DNA from: Octopus vulgaris
Taxonomy: Eukaryota
Assembly (NCBI GenBank): GCA_951406725.2
Contig: OX597822.1
Location: 88,660,001-88,724,000, forward strand
DNA length: 64,000 nucleotides
Direction: 5' to 3'
Of this stretch, positions 13,371-27,266 are shown piece after piece. The notes beneath the pieces were generated by a model. It was not told the DNA's origin. It did not search any database and worked only from the letters and a program-made list of their open reading frames with translations. Within the stretch, counting starts at the first letter, position 1. Each line of letters opens with the position of its first letter. Both the position numbers and the translations under genes were made by a program.

Positions 13371-15689
13371 CACTGGTCAACACACTTTTTGCTGGCTTCT
13401 GTTTTGTGGTTTTTAGTTAATTTTGAGATGCTGATTTCAAATATGCATCCCTTATTTTTCTAACACATCAGGTTTTCATTCTATAGCATAACCCTGTTTT
13501 ATGATGCATTGCATAAATTTACTTGGTGAGGATGGTTTACTAAAACTCATTGCTTCAAACCATAAGTTATAATGTCAATAAAATATGAAATGTAATGTAG
13601 CATCACCTTTTACTAAATACTTATTACTGATTCTCTAATATGATGGATAAAACACAAACTTATACCTTCATACTCACAGAAAAAACTTCCACTTGAGGGA
13701 GTGTTCATGTCTACACAGTCTCTTTGAATACACCAACAGTAGTCTGCTATCACCAGTGTGTTCCATCGGTTTTGATATCTTTCCTCCATAATCTTGATTG
13801 CTTGATGAAAACACTCATCGCTCATGTCTCTAAGGTTAGCAGGAAATTCATCAAGATGATTCTTACAAGAAATGAAGCTTTATGCTCATGTTGCAGCCTA
13901 AAAGATGAAATCTATCAAGTAATGTCTCCACCAAATCCTTGTAGTTTGCAGCCTTTTCACTCCCTTGAAATCCTTTCATCACAGCCACAGATAAATCCCA
14001 TGCTCTTTTTTCTACATCAGTTATTGAGCTTGAGAAATTCTGGCATTTTATCATAACTTAGTCCAGGAAATGTATATATGAATTTGAAACGGTTACCCTA
14101 CACATTAACAGCTTTGATAAATTGTTTTAAAAGGGGTGGGGAAGATGATTTTCCCTCACTCAACAGATGGTTGGTTAGTGTGATATTCTCCCCAACAGTC
14201 AAAATTTTCCAAACTGGACAGAGTTTCTGTTCCCAGTGTTTGGTTTTTGCTCAGCTATCCCATAAACACAGGAAACACAGATATTTTGTATACCCTCCGT
14301 GTTGGCCAAGTAAAAAGTCAACCATTTTTAGAATCACACATATGACCCATTTGTGTTCATTATACTTGAATAAATCTAATACAACTTTTATGTTGTATTA
14401 GATAATTTTCTTTTAAATGCACAGTGACCAATTGGAAGTGCACCAAACAAGTTTCCATTATGGAGCAATACACATTTTAGACTCTTCTTTGAACTATTTA
14501 TAAAGATTCTCCATTCACTAGGATCATATTGTTCAATACCCATCATGTTTAACAGTTCTGCCACGTCTCAAGAGTAAACAAAATTTTTTTCAGCTGTAAA
14601 GAATGTCAAGATATCTTTTTTCCCCTATTCCGATAAAAAGTCACGTTTCTTTCTGTAACAGATTCTTCTCTTTACACCTAGAAGTTCTGATAAGTCTTCT
14701 GACAATCCTAAGTCTCTAACAAGATCAAGTTCTGCCTGGTTGAAGTTTTCACGTTCAGTGGTTGATATTTCTACAATGTCTATATCACTGTCATTTTCAT
14801 GATTTGCATCTACTTCACATATATCATTTTATTTTGCAGTGAAGGTAGATCCTTGGAAATGGGTACTGGTATTTCATCTGAGTGAAACACTGGATGAACT
14901 GCTAAATCCAGATTTGCATAGCTTGTTTTCTTACTATAAACAGGTCTTCATGAGACAAAACTAACACTCATTTACATGGTTCTTTGGCTCCCACCATACC
15001 TTAGGAATGCCAAATGTTAATTGTTTCCTTGTGGCCTTTATCCATTGGCATGGATTTTTGACACAGGGTTTACATACATTGTGCAAAGTTCACGATTTAT
15101 CCTCATCACCAAATTTAATCTTAAAGTAAGTCAAGTAGGATCTTTTCACAAAGTCACTAATATTCATTCTTCTTTGACTGTAAAACACCCACATATATCA
15201 CAAAAAGAGTCGGTAATTCAAACATTTCCTTCGCAATGATACCGTGCTACTGAAACCTGCGTTATTTCATGAAATAAATATGTAAAGAGAGATAAGGAGC
15301 ATATTTATAAATATTCAGTAGAAATGTTTAGCTATAATATCTTTTGTACATTTGTTGATTCGTAAGAAGAGATTAACAATGCAGATTAAGATGACTAAGC
15401 ACACAGTTTTTTAGGAAACACACTTCTACACAGGTACATATACTAGGCCAACAGAACGTCACAACCTCACTCACTGAACGCTCAACTGACACCGAGGCTC
15501 TTACTGCTAACGTACCCTACAAAAAATGCATCGAGAAATTTCTAATACATGGAGATACAGGTGGAGCTAATATGGGCCAGCTCATAGAAAAAAATTATTG
15601 CCATTTTTAAACTCAGTGACTCCAGATTACCCCAAAACAGATCTCAAAGTTAGGTCAACAGACAAAAAGCTAGAATTTTTTGGCCAGTG
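13371..15689 (-). mobile_element. Chapaev3-type (CMC superfamily) DNA transposon with both termini; transposase disrupted
   Basis: Termini read taa|CACTGGTCAA...TTGGCCAGTG|taa, giving a 3-bp TAA target duplication. Minus-strand remnants include a Cys-rich N-terminus (SFCDICG), GYTKYLCFLCLWDS, MSIKLHFL and MSDECFHQAIKIMEERYQNRW...IADYCWCIQRD. Family assignment is from recalled motifs. Confidence 0.75.
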
Positions 15690-16388
15690 TAATCATTAGT
15701 CCTCACAAGGATTTTATTGTGAGGTACATAGATCCTGTCAGATAACTCCCAGGATACGCTGGAGGCAGTTCATATGGAAGTGTTCATGCTATCCAAGCTT
15801 CAGAGCTATGAAGGAAGTTGGTGATGCCACTTATATGGTGATTTTGTTGAGGATTGAAGGCTTTTATTTGAAACGTCTTTGCACAGTTTCTCCAAAGGTA
15901 GTCAATGCTTTTTAATGCAGCGCTGGATGTTGCCAGTGCTGCTATCTTCAAGAGAGAATGCTCTCAAAATACATTTAAGATAGCACTACTGCCAACTGTG
16001 AGTAAAGTTAATAGACACTGACACTTCTTTGACGAACTGCTTTTTTCATGAAGATTTATCCTACTGCAAGCCCAAACATTCTCTTGAGTATGGGTTATAA
16101 GAGTCATCAATCTTGGAGTGACACAAGAGAAATTTGTTAAAGACACTGGTACTAGAGCACACCTCACTTTGGGCATGTACTTTTGTCCTTATGGCCACCT
16201 CAGCAGTTACATCAAGGAACTGACAGGTGTTTACAAATTTATTAGGACAACAATATGTAAGGAAGGCATTTATATTAGCTTTTGATTCACATGCTGAATG
16301 CTTTGAAGAGACTGACAAAAATCAATGTTAACTTTTTTTTTATTGAACTTTTTTAAGGTAGAAATCTTGTGGAGAAATACTTTTATGT

Positions 16389-16394
16389 TTTATT
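16389..16394 (-). promoter_or_regulatory. Candidate PARL polyadenylation signal
   Basis: AATAAA on the minus strand about 100 nt downstream of the PARL stop codon. Confidence 0.4.
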
Positions 16395-16497
16395 GGAATA
16401 AATTATATATAAAAAAAATTGTAATAATGTAAGATTATCGTAATTCCAACAAAATGACAAATATATCACAATTTGAGTTTGTGTACATGTGTAATTT

Positions 16498-16585
16498 TCA
16501 AGGATCTCCTCTAATGTGGTGCCACCATTTCTGTACTGATTCACGCTGTTCCCAGATCAGTTTTCTACCATATGTCACATACCAT
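16498..16585 (-). CDS. PARL: PARL exon 9 (last)
   Basis: ttttcAG acceptor; WYVTYGRKLIWEQRESVQKWWHHIRGDP* matches the PARL C-terminus. Confidence 0.93.
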
Positions 16586-17476
16586 CTGAAAATCAAAAAT
16601 GGAAATACAAAATATTATCTATATACAATATTTTAAGTTTCAAATTACTACATTATCAGAAGTTTAGAATTAGGCCTATGTTACCCCACCACTAAAGCCA
16701 AAACCCCTAGTTTTCCAGTAGAGCAGGATATAATCAACCTTGCTGGAACTTATTTTCAGCCAACTTGGAAAGATGATAAGTGAAGCTGACCTAGAAAAAT
16801 CTGAATTGATATAAAAAAAACAATGCAAGTTTGATTTCAGTGAAAGTTAAGAAATATTACGTTTAGACTTTCATGACAATATATTTAATGAAATAAACTC
16901 TTTCACTGGTTTCAGTACCTATTCTATTGATGCTTTTTGCTGAACCACTAAATTTCAAGAAAATAAACAAATCAACACTGTTTGTCAGACAGTGAAAGAC
17001 AAACACAATCACAACATGCTTCTGCACAGTTCCATTTTACCAAATTCACAAGACATTGGTAGGCCTAGGACTATAGTAGAAGACACTTGCCCAAGATGCT
17101 GCACAGTGAGAATGAACCCAAAATCTTGTGCTTGTGAAGCAACCTTAACCACACAGCCATTTACACTGTTTAAGTGCTTTGGTTTAATTTTGAAATTAGA
17201 CCAGAATTTGATAACTAATTTTATCAATGTATGCACCTAGATTAAAGTAGTGATTATATACAAATGTAGAATGGTGCTAGCTGTAATATTTTATCTTAGA
17301 GTATCTTCTCTTTAGAGTTTTGGAGTGTTGAAAAACACAACTTGCTCAGAATGCCATTACACACCAGTGTTGTGGATTGCTGTCATAAAGTGAATTGGTA
17401 TCAAAAGGGTTATGCTTTGAGAGAAAGAAAAAAACAGCAAATACTTCAGAAATGATGTTGATTAATGCTCACTTAC

Positions 17477-17574
17477 AGTCCAAACAGCATGCCTCCAAGA
17501 TGAGCTGCATGATCGAAGAATTTCCAGCCAGCAAGTACACCAACTGTGTCAAAGGCAATGATTACTTTCAGTAC
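17477..17574 (-). CDS. PARL: PARL exon 8 (catalytic His)
   Basis: [32 protein letters not shown]; ttttAG acceptor and GTAAGT donor. Confidence 0.96.
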
Positions 17575-18884
17575 CTAAAAATAAAATGCACTTATATAAT
17601 AAATAATCCATTTATTGATGATGTTTATTTTTATAGATTGAACTTTTACAGGCTCTCTCCCTCACCCCACACTTCTGTTCTCACTGTTACATTAATTTCT
17701 ACTCATCTTGTGCCTTGAGGATTCACCCAGACACCTCATTTCTATTTGTGTTTCTTTCCAGCTCTACCAGTTATGTAGAAACTACAGCAGGAAACTTGTT
17801 CTGCTCTGGTCATGTTTTTCATACATTTATCCTTCATCCCCTAGCATAAAGCTTCCCCCTCAGGATTTGTAGTCTTTCAAACTGCATGGCGAGCCCTCAC
17901 TGGTGCTGATGCCATGAAAAAAGCTCCCATAACATTAATGGGGTTAGTATCAAGGACATCCAGTCGTAGAAATTATGTCAAAGCAGACACTTAAATACAA
18001 TACAGTCTTTGGACCCATCAGAACCTGTTAAACTGTCTAATATATATTTTGTGATGTCCTTTTCTGAAGGCTATTAACAAACTAAGTGAAGTACTGCTTA
18101 GCCATCACTTGCAAGAGAGTATGATCTTGTAGCTTGTACCAAGCTTTTGCTAAACACCCTCAGCTCTCCCACCCCTGACCCAGCAGATCACCCAGGATGA
18201 GACTGTTAGGGGCAAGGTCAGCTGCATCAACACTCAGGTAGTACTAATTTTCAGCTGAGTAAAGTGAAACAACATAAAATTATGTGCCCTGCTTATTAGA
18301 TCAAACATCCACCCACACATATACATACTTCCCTGCTGCAATTTTTTACTATTCCTTGGTACATGAAACTAAGTGCAATTCAGTAATAAACAGAAACACT
18401 AGTGTTCCAAAGATAAAACTTAGTGTTTCTATCTCTGTTGATTTAGGTAATTTCATAAACACTTTCTCTTCATTTTGTAACTGAATAGCTTTCTTTTCTT
18501 TTCCAAAATCATAGCCTAAATCAATGAAAACGGTTTTATACAAGATGTGTAGATATAACAACATGGTTCTTTACTTTCCCCTTAGTATCTTTATTAAAGA
18601 GGTATATATAACTCACACTTCAACAGAGGTAACCCAACAAGGAAATCAAAAACTCCAAAATAAAACAAGAAAGAGAAAGCTTGACCTTTTTCAAACCAAC
18701 CTGCCTGAGACTACATACCTATCAGCTTAAAGAAATAAAGTAGACTCATTGGTTAATGTACTTTGGGGAAACACTATGAAAGCCTTTGATTATAAGCTGG
18801 TTCTATCAGAGCTAACATGGGACTAAACAACAACAATGCTGGACACATCTACATAATGTTAATAAATTTCATAAGGATACTCAC

Positions 18885-18995
18885 TGCACTAGCTGAAAAA
18901 GAATGAGGAATGATATCACCAATAAATGCTATTGATAATTGTGCATTAGGATAAGTAAGGCAGACAGCTCCCAGAACAGCCATCAGGGCACCAGA
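18885..18995 (-). CDS. PARL: PARL exon 7 (catalytic Ser is the first codon)
   Basis: SGALMAVLGAVCLTYPNAQLSIAFIGDIIPHSFSASA; gttAG acceptor and GTGAGT donor. Confidence 0.95.
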
Positions 18996-20167
18996 CTAAC
19001 AATAAATAAAAAAAGAAGAAAGAATTACTAACATCATAGATCAATGTCTTTAAAAAAGTAACTGTAAAATATGAATGCAATCATGCTTTGGTTTGGTAAA
19101 CAAATATTACTATTACTAGCAAATGCAGAGCCAACCAATATTTTGTGAGTAGAATTGGTAAGCAGAAACTACGGAAGTCTGTTTGTATGTGTATATGCAC
19201 AGTCTTCCAACTCACTGGATCATTTCAAACTGTCCGACCCATGTTGGTATGGAAGATGGATGTTAAATGATGATGTATGTACAGATATATATATATATAT
19301 ATATATACATAAATAATATATATGAAACCATAGCTATCACTTGCAACCAAACGTGACTTGGTAGCATATACCAGGTTTTCACTAACTGTTTTAGGTGCCT
19401 GTGTGGTGATGAGCAAACATAACACTCTATCCCACCTTCACTCAACAGAACACTGAGGATGTAACAACAAGAGGGAGAGAGAGACTGGAGCAACATAAAA
19501 TGAAGTGCCATGCTCAAGGACACAACATGCCACCCTCCAGAAACTGAATCCATGACATAAGGATTGATAGCCTAACCACTAGGCAATGTGCCTTCACATA
19601 TATATATCAGCATCACCATCATCTGTTTTCCATGCTAGCATGGGTTGGACGGTTTGACAGGATCCTACAGATCACACAACTGTCAAGCGCCAATGAAAGC
19701 ATTGGTGTTTTCTATACCTGAATGTTCTTCCTAACACCAACTGTTTAACAGCATGTACTGGGTGATATTTTTTTTCCATGCCACCAGCATTAGTAAGGTT
19801 GTCAAGTAACTTACAAGACAAGAAAAAGCCTTCTCAGCTGAATGGAAGTGTATTTAAAAGAAGGGGAGGTGACTCTCTCTGAACAGGAATAAGTATCTTG
19901 ATATAGATAAAGGTTGGTGGGATACCTTTGAAATATGTCTTCCATTGAGGCTGAGCTGAAGGATCAACCAGGTATCAAAGCAAAGTTACAGTGTGGGCTT
20001 GCTAAGATTTTTACCTCTTTTCAACTATGTTTGCTGCACTCAATAATTAAATGACCAAATAATATAGTATTCAGAATAAATAGTAAAAACAGAATTGAAA
20101 AGTTTAAGGGAAAAAATAGAATAGAATGAGTTAAAATTAGAGCCTTTGAACAAAAACTGAAACTTAC

Positions 20168-20238
20168 AGCACCAACAGAAGGTGTAAATTGGCATCGAGT
20201 AATCTTGACACAGTAGCTGAGCAGAGAGGCAACGGTGG
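20168..20238 (-). CDS. PARL: PARL exon 6
   Basis: (A)TVASLLSYCVKITRCQFTPSVGA; joins exon 7 to give GA|SG; ttctAG acceptor and GTAAGT donor. Confidence 0.94.
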
Positions 20239-20779
20239 CTAGAAAATAAATATTATTATTATTAATACCACATTTTCTATGCTAGGCTTTTTTTAACAAA
20301 CCAAAAAGATAAACAACATTGTGATATACTTGAAATAAACTGAAGTAAAATTAGATGTATTTTCTATATAATATGCCATCTAATTATGGCACAAGACCAG
20401 TGATTTTGAGTGGATGATGTTAATCAATTAGATCCACCTAATACTTGACTGGTACAATATTTCATCGACCTTCCATATCAAAGGATAGAGAATAAAGTTG
20501 AGCTCAGAATCAAAAGAAATACTGCAAATCTGATGCACTAACGATTCTGTTAGCTTGCCACCTGTTTTCCTAAAAGATTTATTCAATATCAGTTTCTTCC
20601 TATAGTTCAAAATACTTTTATTTTTGTAAAGGGTAGAGATAAAGTTAATTAGCGTATTACTAGTTCTCACTTTGCAGACCCTAAAGTGACTGAAATTTGG
20701 TGCAAGTTTGTACTAGGAGTTACAATAAACTAGTTTTGGTTACCTCCCTTAAACAGTTCAAATTAAATTCCATTACTAT

Positions 20780-21870
20780 TCATCATCATCATCATTTAAC
20801 GTCCATTTTCCATGCTGGCATGGGTTGGACAGTTTGACTGAAAACTAGTAAGCCAAGGAGTGGAACCAGGTTGCAATCTGAATTGGCATAGTTTCTACAG
20901 CTGGGTGCCCTTCCTAACTCCAACCACTGCAAGACTGTAGTGGATGCTTTTTATGTGCCATTGGCATTGGCATGGGTGCCAGTTACGTGATACCAGCATC
21001 AGCCATGACTACAATTTCACTTGGATTGACGGGTCTACTCAAGCACAGCATATCGCCAAAGGTCTCAGTCACCTGTCACAGCCTCCGTTGAGGCCCAACA
21101 TTCAAACAGTGGTTTTTACATGCCAATTACATTGGCCACAACTACAATTTCACTTGGATTGACAGGTCTTCTCAAGCACAGCGTATTGCCCAACATTCGA
21201 AGGGTGCTGTTTACGTGCCAGTTACATGACTACGATCTAGGATGTATCATCATCATTTAGCGTCCGCTTTCCATGCTAGCATGGGTTGGACGGTTCAACT
21301 GGGGTCTGGGAAGCCAGAAGGCTGCATCAGGCCCAGTCTGATCTGGCAATGTTTCTACGGCTGGATGCCCTCCCTAACGCCAACGTGAGTGTAGTGGGTG
21401 CTTTTTACGTGCCACCTGCACAGCTGCCAGACGGGGCTGGCAAACGGCCACGGTCGGATGGTACTTTTTACACGCCACCAGCACCAGGGCCAGGCAGGGC
21501 TGGCAACAGCCACGATCGGATGGTGCTTTTTACATGCCACCGGCACGGGGGCCAGGCGAGGCTGACAACGGCCATGATCGGATGGTGCTTTTTACGTGCC
21601 ACCGGCACGGAGGCCCATCGGGGCGGTGCTGGCAATGGCCACATTCGGATGGTTCGCTTACGTGCCACTGGCACTGGTATCACAGCTAAAATTTCCATTG
21701 ATGTTGATCGATTTCGATTTTGATTCTCACTTGCCTCAACAGGTCTTCACAAGTAGAGTTTTGTGTTCCAAGAAGGAAAGGTATGCATAAGTGGACTGGC
21801 TACATCCCAGGTAGAGGCCATGGGTTATGGTCACACTTGTCCTGCCAGGTCTTCTCACGCACAGCATACT
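20780..21870. mobile_element. Two adjacent copies of an abundant (CAT)n-tailed retroposon (SINE or LINE-3'-end family) with an internal ~65-bp tandem repeat
   Basis: Shared core catcatttaacgtcc..ttccatgctagcatgggttggac...ctggatgcccttcctaa and repeated ggtgctttttacgtgccaccggcacgg units (21397-21680). Further copies lie near 12510, 19615, 25190, 32745-33257 (inverted), 34890, 39750-40197 (inverted), 49475, 51120, 51385 (inverted) and 59770. Confidence 0.75.
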
Positions 21871-23083
21871 TAGCAAGATATTAATAAATTTGACATTACT
21901 ATATATTTTTGAACTGTGTGACATTATAGGCTGTAGAATAAATACTGAGCAATGCAGTAAAACGGTTGTGCAATGTTAAAGCTCACAGTGATGAAGAATA
22001 CAAGAACTGTTTTTAAAAAAATTATCCTGAAACTGGTTAGAAGGAGTAGAATAACATTTCTGTAATTATATTGAAAGAGCTGCTGAGGCTTTCTACTTCA
22101 CCAAGTTTCCGAATTTGTTATAATAACCAGAATAATATTTTTTTTTTCTGATATATTTGCGAGTACTGAGAGTGCTGTTAAATCAGTCAAATCTTCATGT
22201 TGGTAGTACTTGTAAGTGAACATTGTTGTTTGTTTGAAGTCTACACTGCAAGTAAACTTTCAATATCGGCGTGTTTCACTGTTGTGGTGGTGGTGGTGGG
22301 GGAGTTACATATATAAACTAAGACACACACACACACATTAATGCACAACGGAAGCCTATCTCTGTCCCTGTGTGAATCTGTCTTTAGATGTATGTGTGTG
22401 TGTGTGTGTGTGTATCAGTCACAAAAATGTATGCATACTGACAGACCACATAAACCATCATACACTTGTCAGTCATCGGCCTAACGTAGGTAACGAACAT
22501 GCGAACACAGTCATATAGAAAATGTGATTTCATTGTCATTATGGTGGTGGTATAAAATGTTGTTTACGATAGGTGACTAAAAGAAAAGTGATAATGTTAA
22601 ATTTTTGTAATGCAAATATGTGAATGAAAATATAGTCTAGTTGGTAGCCAAAAGCTTACTGAATCTTTTGATACCTTTTACATGAAAATTGACAACTCAG
22701 TTTTAGAATGCATAAGGAACACAAACTCGCGGATCTTTTCGCTTTGACCAGCAGATTTTTTAAATAATTTCTTTGTAACTAAAAAATTTTAAACTTCGTA
22801 TGCTGGTAGAATGTGTTTATAAAACATCTTTTTCTCTTGGCTTTCTTGAGAAAATTCTGAAGTTTGTAAGCTATTTGGTCTTTAATTTCTTGCATTTCGG
22901 CAATTTCAACCAATCAATGACGTCTATTGAGGTGAAAACAATTTCTCCGGAGCATTGTCAACAGAAGCCCCACCTCCCTACAAAAAACTTTCTTACTGTA
23001 TGTATTTGGACTCTAGAAGATTACTACAATTTCTGTTGTGAATATGCTACAAATATGAAATGAAATAAAGGAGAAACACTTAC

Positions 23084-23233
23084 CAGAACTCAGATAAAAG
23101 GCAAGGAATTGTTCTTTTCCAAATAAATTTAATGCTACATTTGAAAACGACCAGAGGACATACATATTAGTAAACAAATGCATAAAGTTGTACTGGCTGA
23201 ATGCTGACAGAAGCATTGACCAGCATGGTGCCG
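23084..23233 (-). CDS. PARL: PARL exon 5
   Basis: [49 protein letters not shown] (rhomboid L1/TM2, HxxxN motif); ttctAG acceptor and GTAAGT donor. Confidence 0.96.
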
Positions 23234-23603
23234 CTAGAAAAAGAAAAAGGAGAAAATTTTAGATGAAATACTTAATAAAAGGAAACTTTAATATAATTAA
23301 CAAAAATAATTGCTTAAGTACAGAATTTTCTAGCACTAGACCAAAACTAGAGAAAGATTTGATAAATATATCATTATCATTGTTTTAGCGTCCACTTTTC
23401 CATCCTTGAATGGTCAGATGGATTTATTAAAGCAGATTTTCTGTCTGAATGCTCTTCCTGTTGCCAATCCTTGCTTGGACATGTTTTCATAGAATATTGT
23501 AAAAACATCATTTGTATGACAATGACACTCATAGCTATCATATAATGTCAAGACAAGAAGACGCAAACACACACACACTCACACACACACACACTCTCTC
23601 ATA

Positions 23604-24830
23604 CAGGGTGTGGAAGGTGTTTGAAGACATACTTTTTTGGGGTCATTGCTGCATTTTTTGCTAACTCTGTATAATCTTTGTTTCAGAAAATAATAATGGC
23701 AGACCCTCAGCTTATTCAAGAAATGAAGAGGCATGCTGTTATTGTGGTTATAAAGGCTGAGATTAACGATTTGGAAATATCTTGATTTTTAAAAGTTGTC
23801 AGATCTTTCGTCTATAAAGTTTGTAAGGGGCTAGAGACTGAAGATGGAAACATATCACCAGTATCAAAGCATAAAAGCATTTTAAATGCTCTGAAATCTT
23901 CAGAACATCTGAATTTATCCAGCAAGTTCAACAGATTGTTGATTATGATACCAGAAAGTCCATGAGTACAATTGCACAAGATCTTCATGTGTTAGAAGGA
24001 ATAGTCAGAAATGTTGTTCATGAAGACAACAGATGTAAGTCTTATATGATGAGGACAGATCAATTTGTTAGAAAAAGCAAACGAAAATCACTACATCAAA
24101 TCTAAAAGGCTCTTAAACAAACTGAAAAATCCAGCAGAAGAAGATTTGATTTGGTTTTTCTCAAACAAGAAAAACTTCAACCAAGATCAAAACGTTAACA
24201 GAAGAAATGACAAATGGTTATGTGCAGACACTTCTGAAGTTCCAAGTGTTATGCATACAAAATTTCCTGCAACTGTCATTGTTTTAGGGGTTGTCAGCAA
24301 TGAAGGACATGTGATGCCTCCTTACTTCTTTCCACGAGGCCTTAGAGTTAACTCTGCCATCTACATTGAAGTCCTGGAAATAATTGTTAAGCCCTAGATA
24401 GTGTATGCAATGGAAAGCCATATGTGTTTCAGTAAGACTCTGCACTATCATACATGGTTCTAGTAACACAGGAACGGATAGCTGAAAATTTTCATGATTA
24501 CATAAGCCTCCTAATTCCTCAGATCTCAATCCATTGAATTATTACATGTGGAGCATTGTTGAGAGAGAGGTCAATGAACACACTCATAACATCAAAGATT
24601 CTTTGAAAGCTGCCATAGTCAGAGTAATGTCCAAAATGAACCAGGAACATTTGATTCGAGCATGTAGATGATTTAGATCTCATATAGAAGCAGTTGTTGA
24701 AGCTGATGGTGGCTTTATTGAATAACATTATTGAAAAGAAGGTTTATTTTTTATCCTCATAGCATTTTTTGATAAATAAAGTTATTATATATCTGTTCTT
24801 TTATAAACATAAATCTGTTTGCAAACATCT
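23604..24830 (+). mobile_element. Tc1/mariner superfamily element (maT/DD37D-like) with a pseudogenised transposase at ~23696-24725
   Basis: Starts ta|CAGGGTGT. Remnants include WFFSNKKNF, TKFPATVIVLGVVSNEGHVMPPYFF, YVFQ*DSA, PPNSSDLNPLNYYMW and EAVVEADGGFIE*. The right end is uncertain. Confidence 0.82.
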
Positions 24831-25829
24831 GTGTGTGTGTGTGTGAGGTGCTATCGAAAGGTTCTAGGACTAGTTATCTCTATATTTATAAAATTCTTTG
24901 CCTGTCTGTTCCCTATGCATTCTCAAACGGCTCAACCATATCAAATCAAATTTTATAAGGTAATAGTATCACACCCCATGAGTATCAACATTTTTTTTTT
25001 TTTAATTAAAACAATATAACATTGGTACTGGTTCAGTATTACATGTCAAAAGTGAAAGAATAACATACATATATATATATGTAGATATATATATGTGTGT
25101 ATGTATATATATATATGTGTGTATTTATATATATATATGTACATATATCTATACATATATATATGTATATATACATATATATGTAATACATCAGCGTTTA
25201 ACGTCCGTTTTCCATGCTAGCATGGGTTGGACGGTTCAACCGGGGTCTGGGAAGCCAGGAGGCTGCACCAGGCTCCAGTCTGATCTGGCAGTGTTTCTAC
25301 AGCTGGATGCCCTTCCTAATGCCAACGACTCCGAGAGTGTAGTGGGTGCTTTTTAACATGCCACGATTGGTTGGTGCTTTTTACGTGCCACCGGCACGGA
25401 AGCCAGTTAAGGCAGTGCTGGCATTGACCACGTACGGATGGTGCTTTTTATGCCACCAGCATAGGTGCCAGGGGAGGCTAGCAACAGTCACAATCAATTG
25501 GTGCTTTTTACGTGCCACCAGCATGGAAGCCAGTCAAGGCGGTGCTGGCATTGGCCACATCCAGATGGTGCTTTTTACATGTCACCAGCACAGGTATCAC
25601 AACTACAATTTCCATTTGATTTTTTGATGTTGATGTACTTGACTCAATAAGTCTCCTCAAGCACAGCAGGTCACCCTACGATCCAAGGTAAGCACAGCAG
25701 GCTATCCTGTGATCCAGGGCACTTTGAATGGGCTAGGGCTTCTATGTGAAGCTGGTGCAGGAAACAGCTATGAACTCACGTTATTTGTCGGGTCTTCGCA
25801 GTCACAGCATATCTCCGGAGGTCTCGGTC

Positions 25830-26240
25830 TTTTGTCATTGCCTCTGTGAGACCCAACATTCAAAGGTCATGCTTCAACTGTTTGGGAGTGGCACTTCTTC
25901 ACACATCTCTCCTCATCCATCCGCAGTACATGACCCTACCAGCGCAAACGTCTCTCTTGCACACCACATCTGATGCTTCTTATGTTCAGCATTTCTCTCA
26001 GGGCGCTTACACTCTGTCATGTGTGCACACTGACATTACACATCCAGCGGATCATGCTAGCTTCATTTCTTTCAAGCCTACACATGTCCTCTGCAGTCAC
26101 AGCCCATGTTTCACTACCGTGAAGCATGGCAGTTCGCACACATGCATCATACAATCTACCTTTCACTCTGAGCGAGAGACCTTTTGTCACCAGTAGGAGT
26201 AGGAGCTTTCTAAACTTTGCCCAGGCTATTCGTTTTCTAG
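25830..26240 (-). mobile_element. RTE-clade LINE 3' fragment
   Basis: Homologous to 49730-50530 (LSLRVKGRLYDACVRTAMLHGSETWA type sequence). It sits next to the (CAT)n-tailed retroposon at 25190. Confidence 0.7.
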
Positions 26241-26255
26241 TGATATATTTTTATG

Positions 26256-26311
<56 letters not shown>

Positions 26312-26312
<1 letters not shown>

Positions 26313-26461
26313 TGTTGTGTCTGGGGAGAGTCATTCTCTTTTAGTACCTTATTATTTAACACACTCACCGGTAAAATTTCCACTTATTTCGTCTTTTTTT
26401 ACCGGTGAGTCTGTTAAATAATAAGGTACTAAAAGAGAATGACTCTCCCCAGACACAACAG
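26312..26461. mobile_element. Near-perfect hairpin MITE
   Basis: Arms of ~64 bp (ctgttgtgtctggggagagtcattctc...ccggtaaaa) differ by one mismatch around a ~21-nt loop, next to a (TA)n tract. Confidence 0.8.
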
Positions 26462-26520
26462 AATATGCTTCAACACACGAACTCATATAAAGAATCTTGC
26501 AAACCAAATCCAAAAACGAA

Positions 26521-26564
<44 letters not shown>

Positions 26565-27266
26565 ATATAATGTATATATATATATTTCTGTATATTATGT
26601 TGCTTGAAAACAAGAAAGGCATCTGGCTATAGAAAATTTGCCTCAATGGATTCCATCTGACCCATGCAAGCATGGAAAAGTTGATAAAACAATATTTCTT
26701 AAACTATATGTGGTAACGATAATTAAATCAAGAGTATTGTAACAAATTTGTGTGATTTGCTGTGATATAGTACTTCCACTCAGCCACCTCTCTCATCAAC
26801 AATAACAACTTGTAGCTAAACATTTCTCCTCTATATAGAACCATGGAAATAATCTTATTCTCAACTAACAGGATAACTCTGCAACCCGTCTCTTCCAATA
26901 TTTCAAGCCACATAATTTAAACAACATTTATACCTAGCTGTATCAAATTACCACCATGCCTACATACCCTATTTCTTCACTTTGGCTAGCCCTACCCTGA
27001 GAACATGGAGACAACCTTTATCTCCAGCAGCCTTAGGATTTCACTCTGAATACCCCTAGAAGCTAACCTTCCCTCTCCTCAAAACTATATCCATCTAACC
27101 CATGCTGCAAGGAAAAAACAAATGAAATACAACTGGAAGACAAATGTTGCTGAAAGCTATAGACAGATTCTAGCATAACACAATGTCTCAGCCAAGCAGA
27201 AGTTAACAAGGTGGTGGAATGATACAGTACACAGAGCCATACAGGCTAAGAAACAGATCTAGACAG

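Noticed and set aside
15700-16330. Moderate-GC block next to the PARL 3' end
   Set aside because: No sustained reading frame; possibly a very old LINE remnant, too degraded to call.
21397-21680. Regularly spaced direct repeats resembling a CRISPR array
   Set aside because: The intervening sequences are similar to one another, the array is internal to a dispersed retroposon, the context is eukaryotic, and there are no cas genes.
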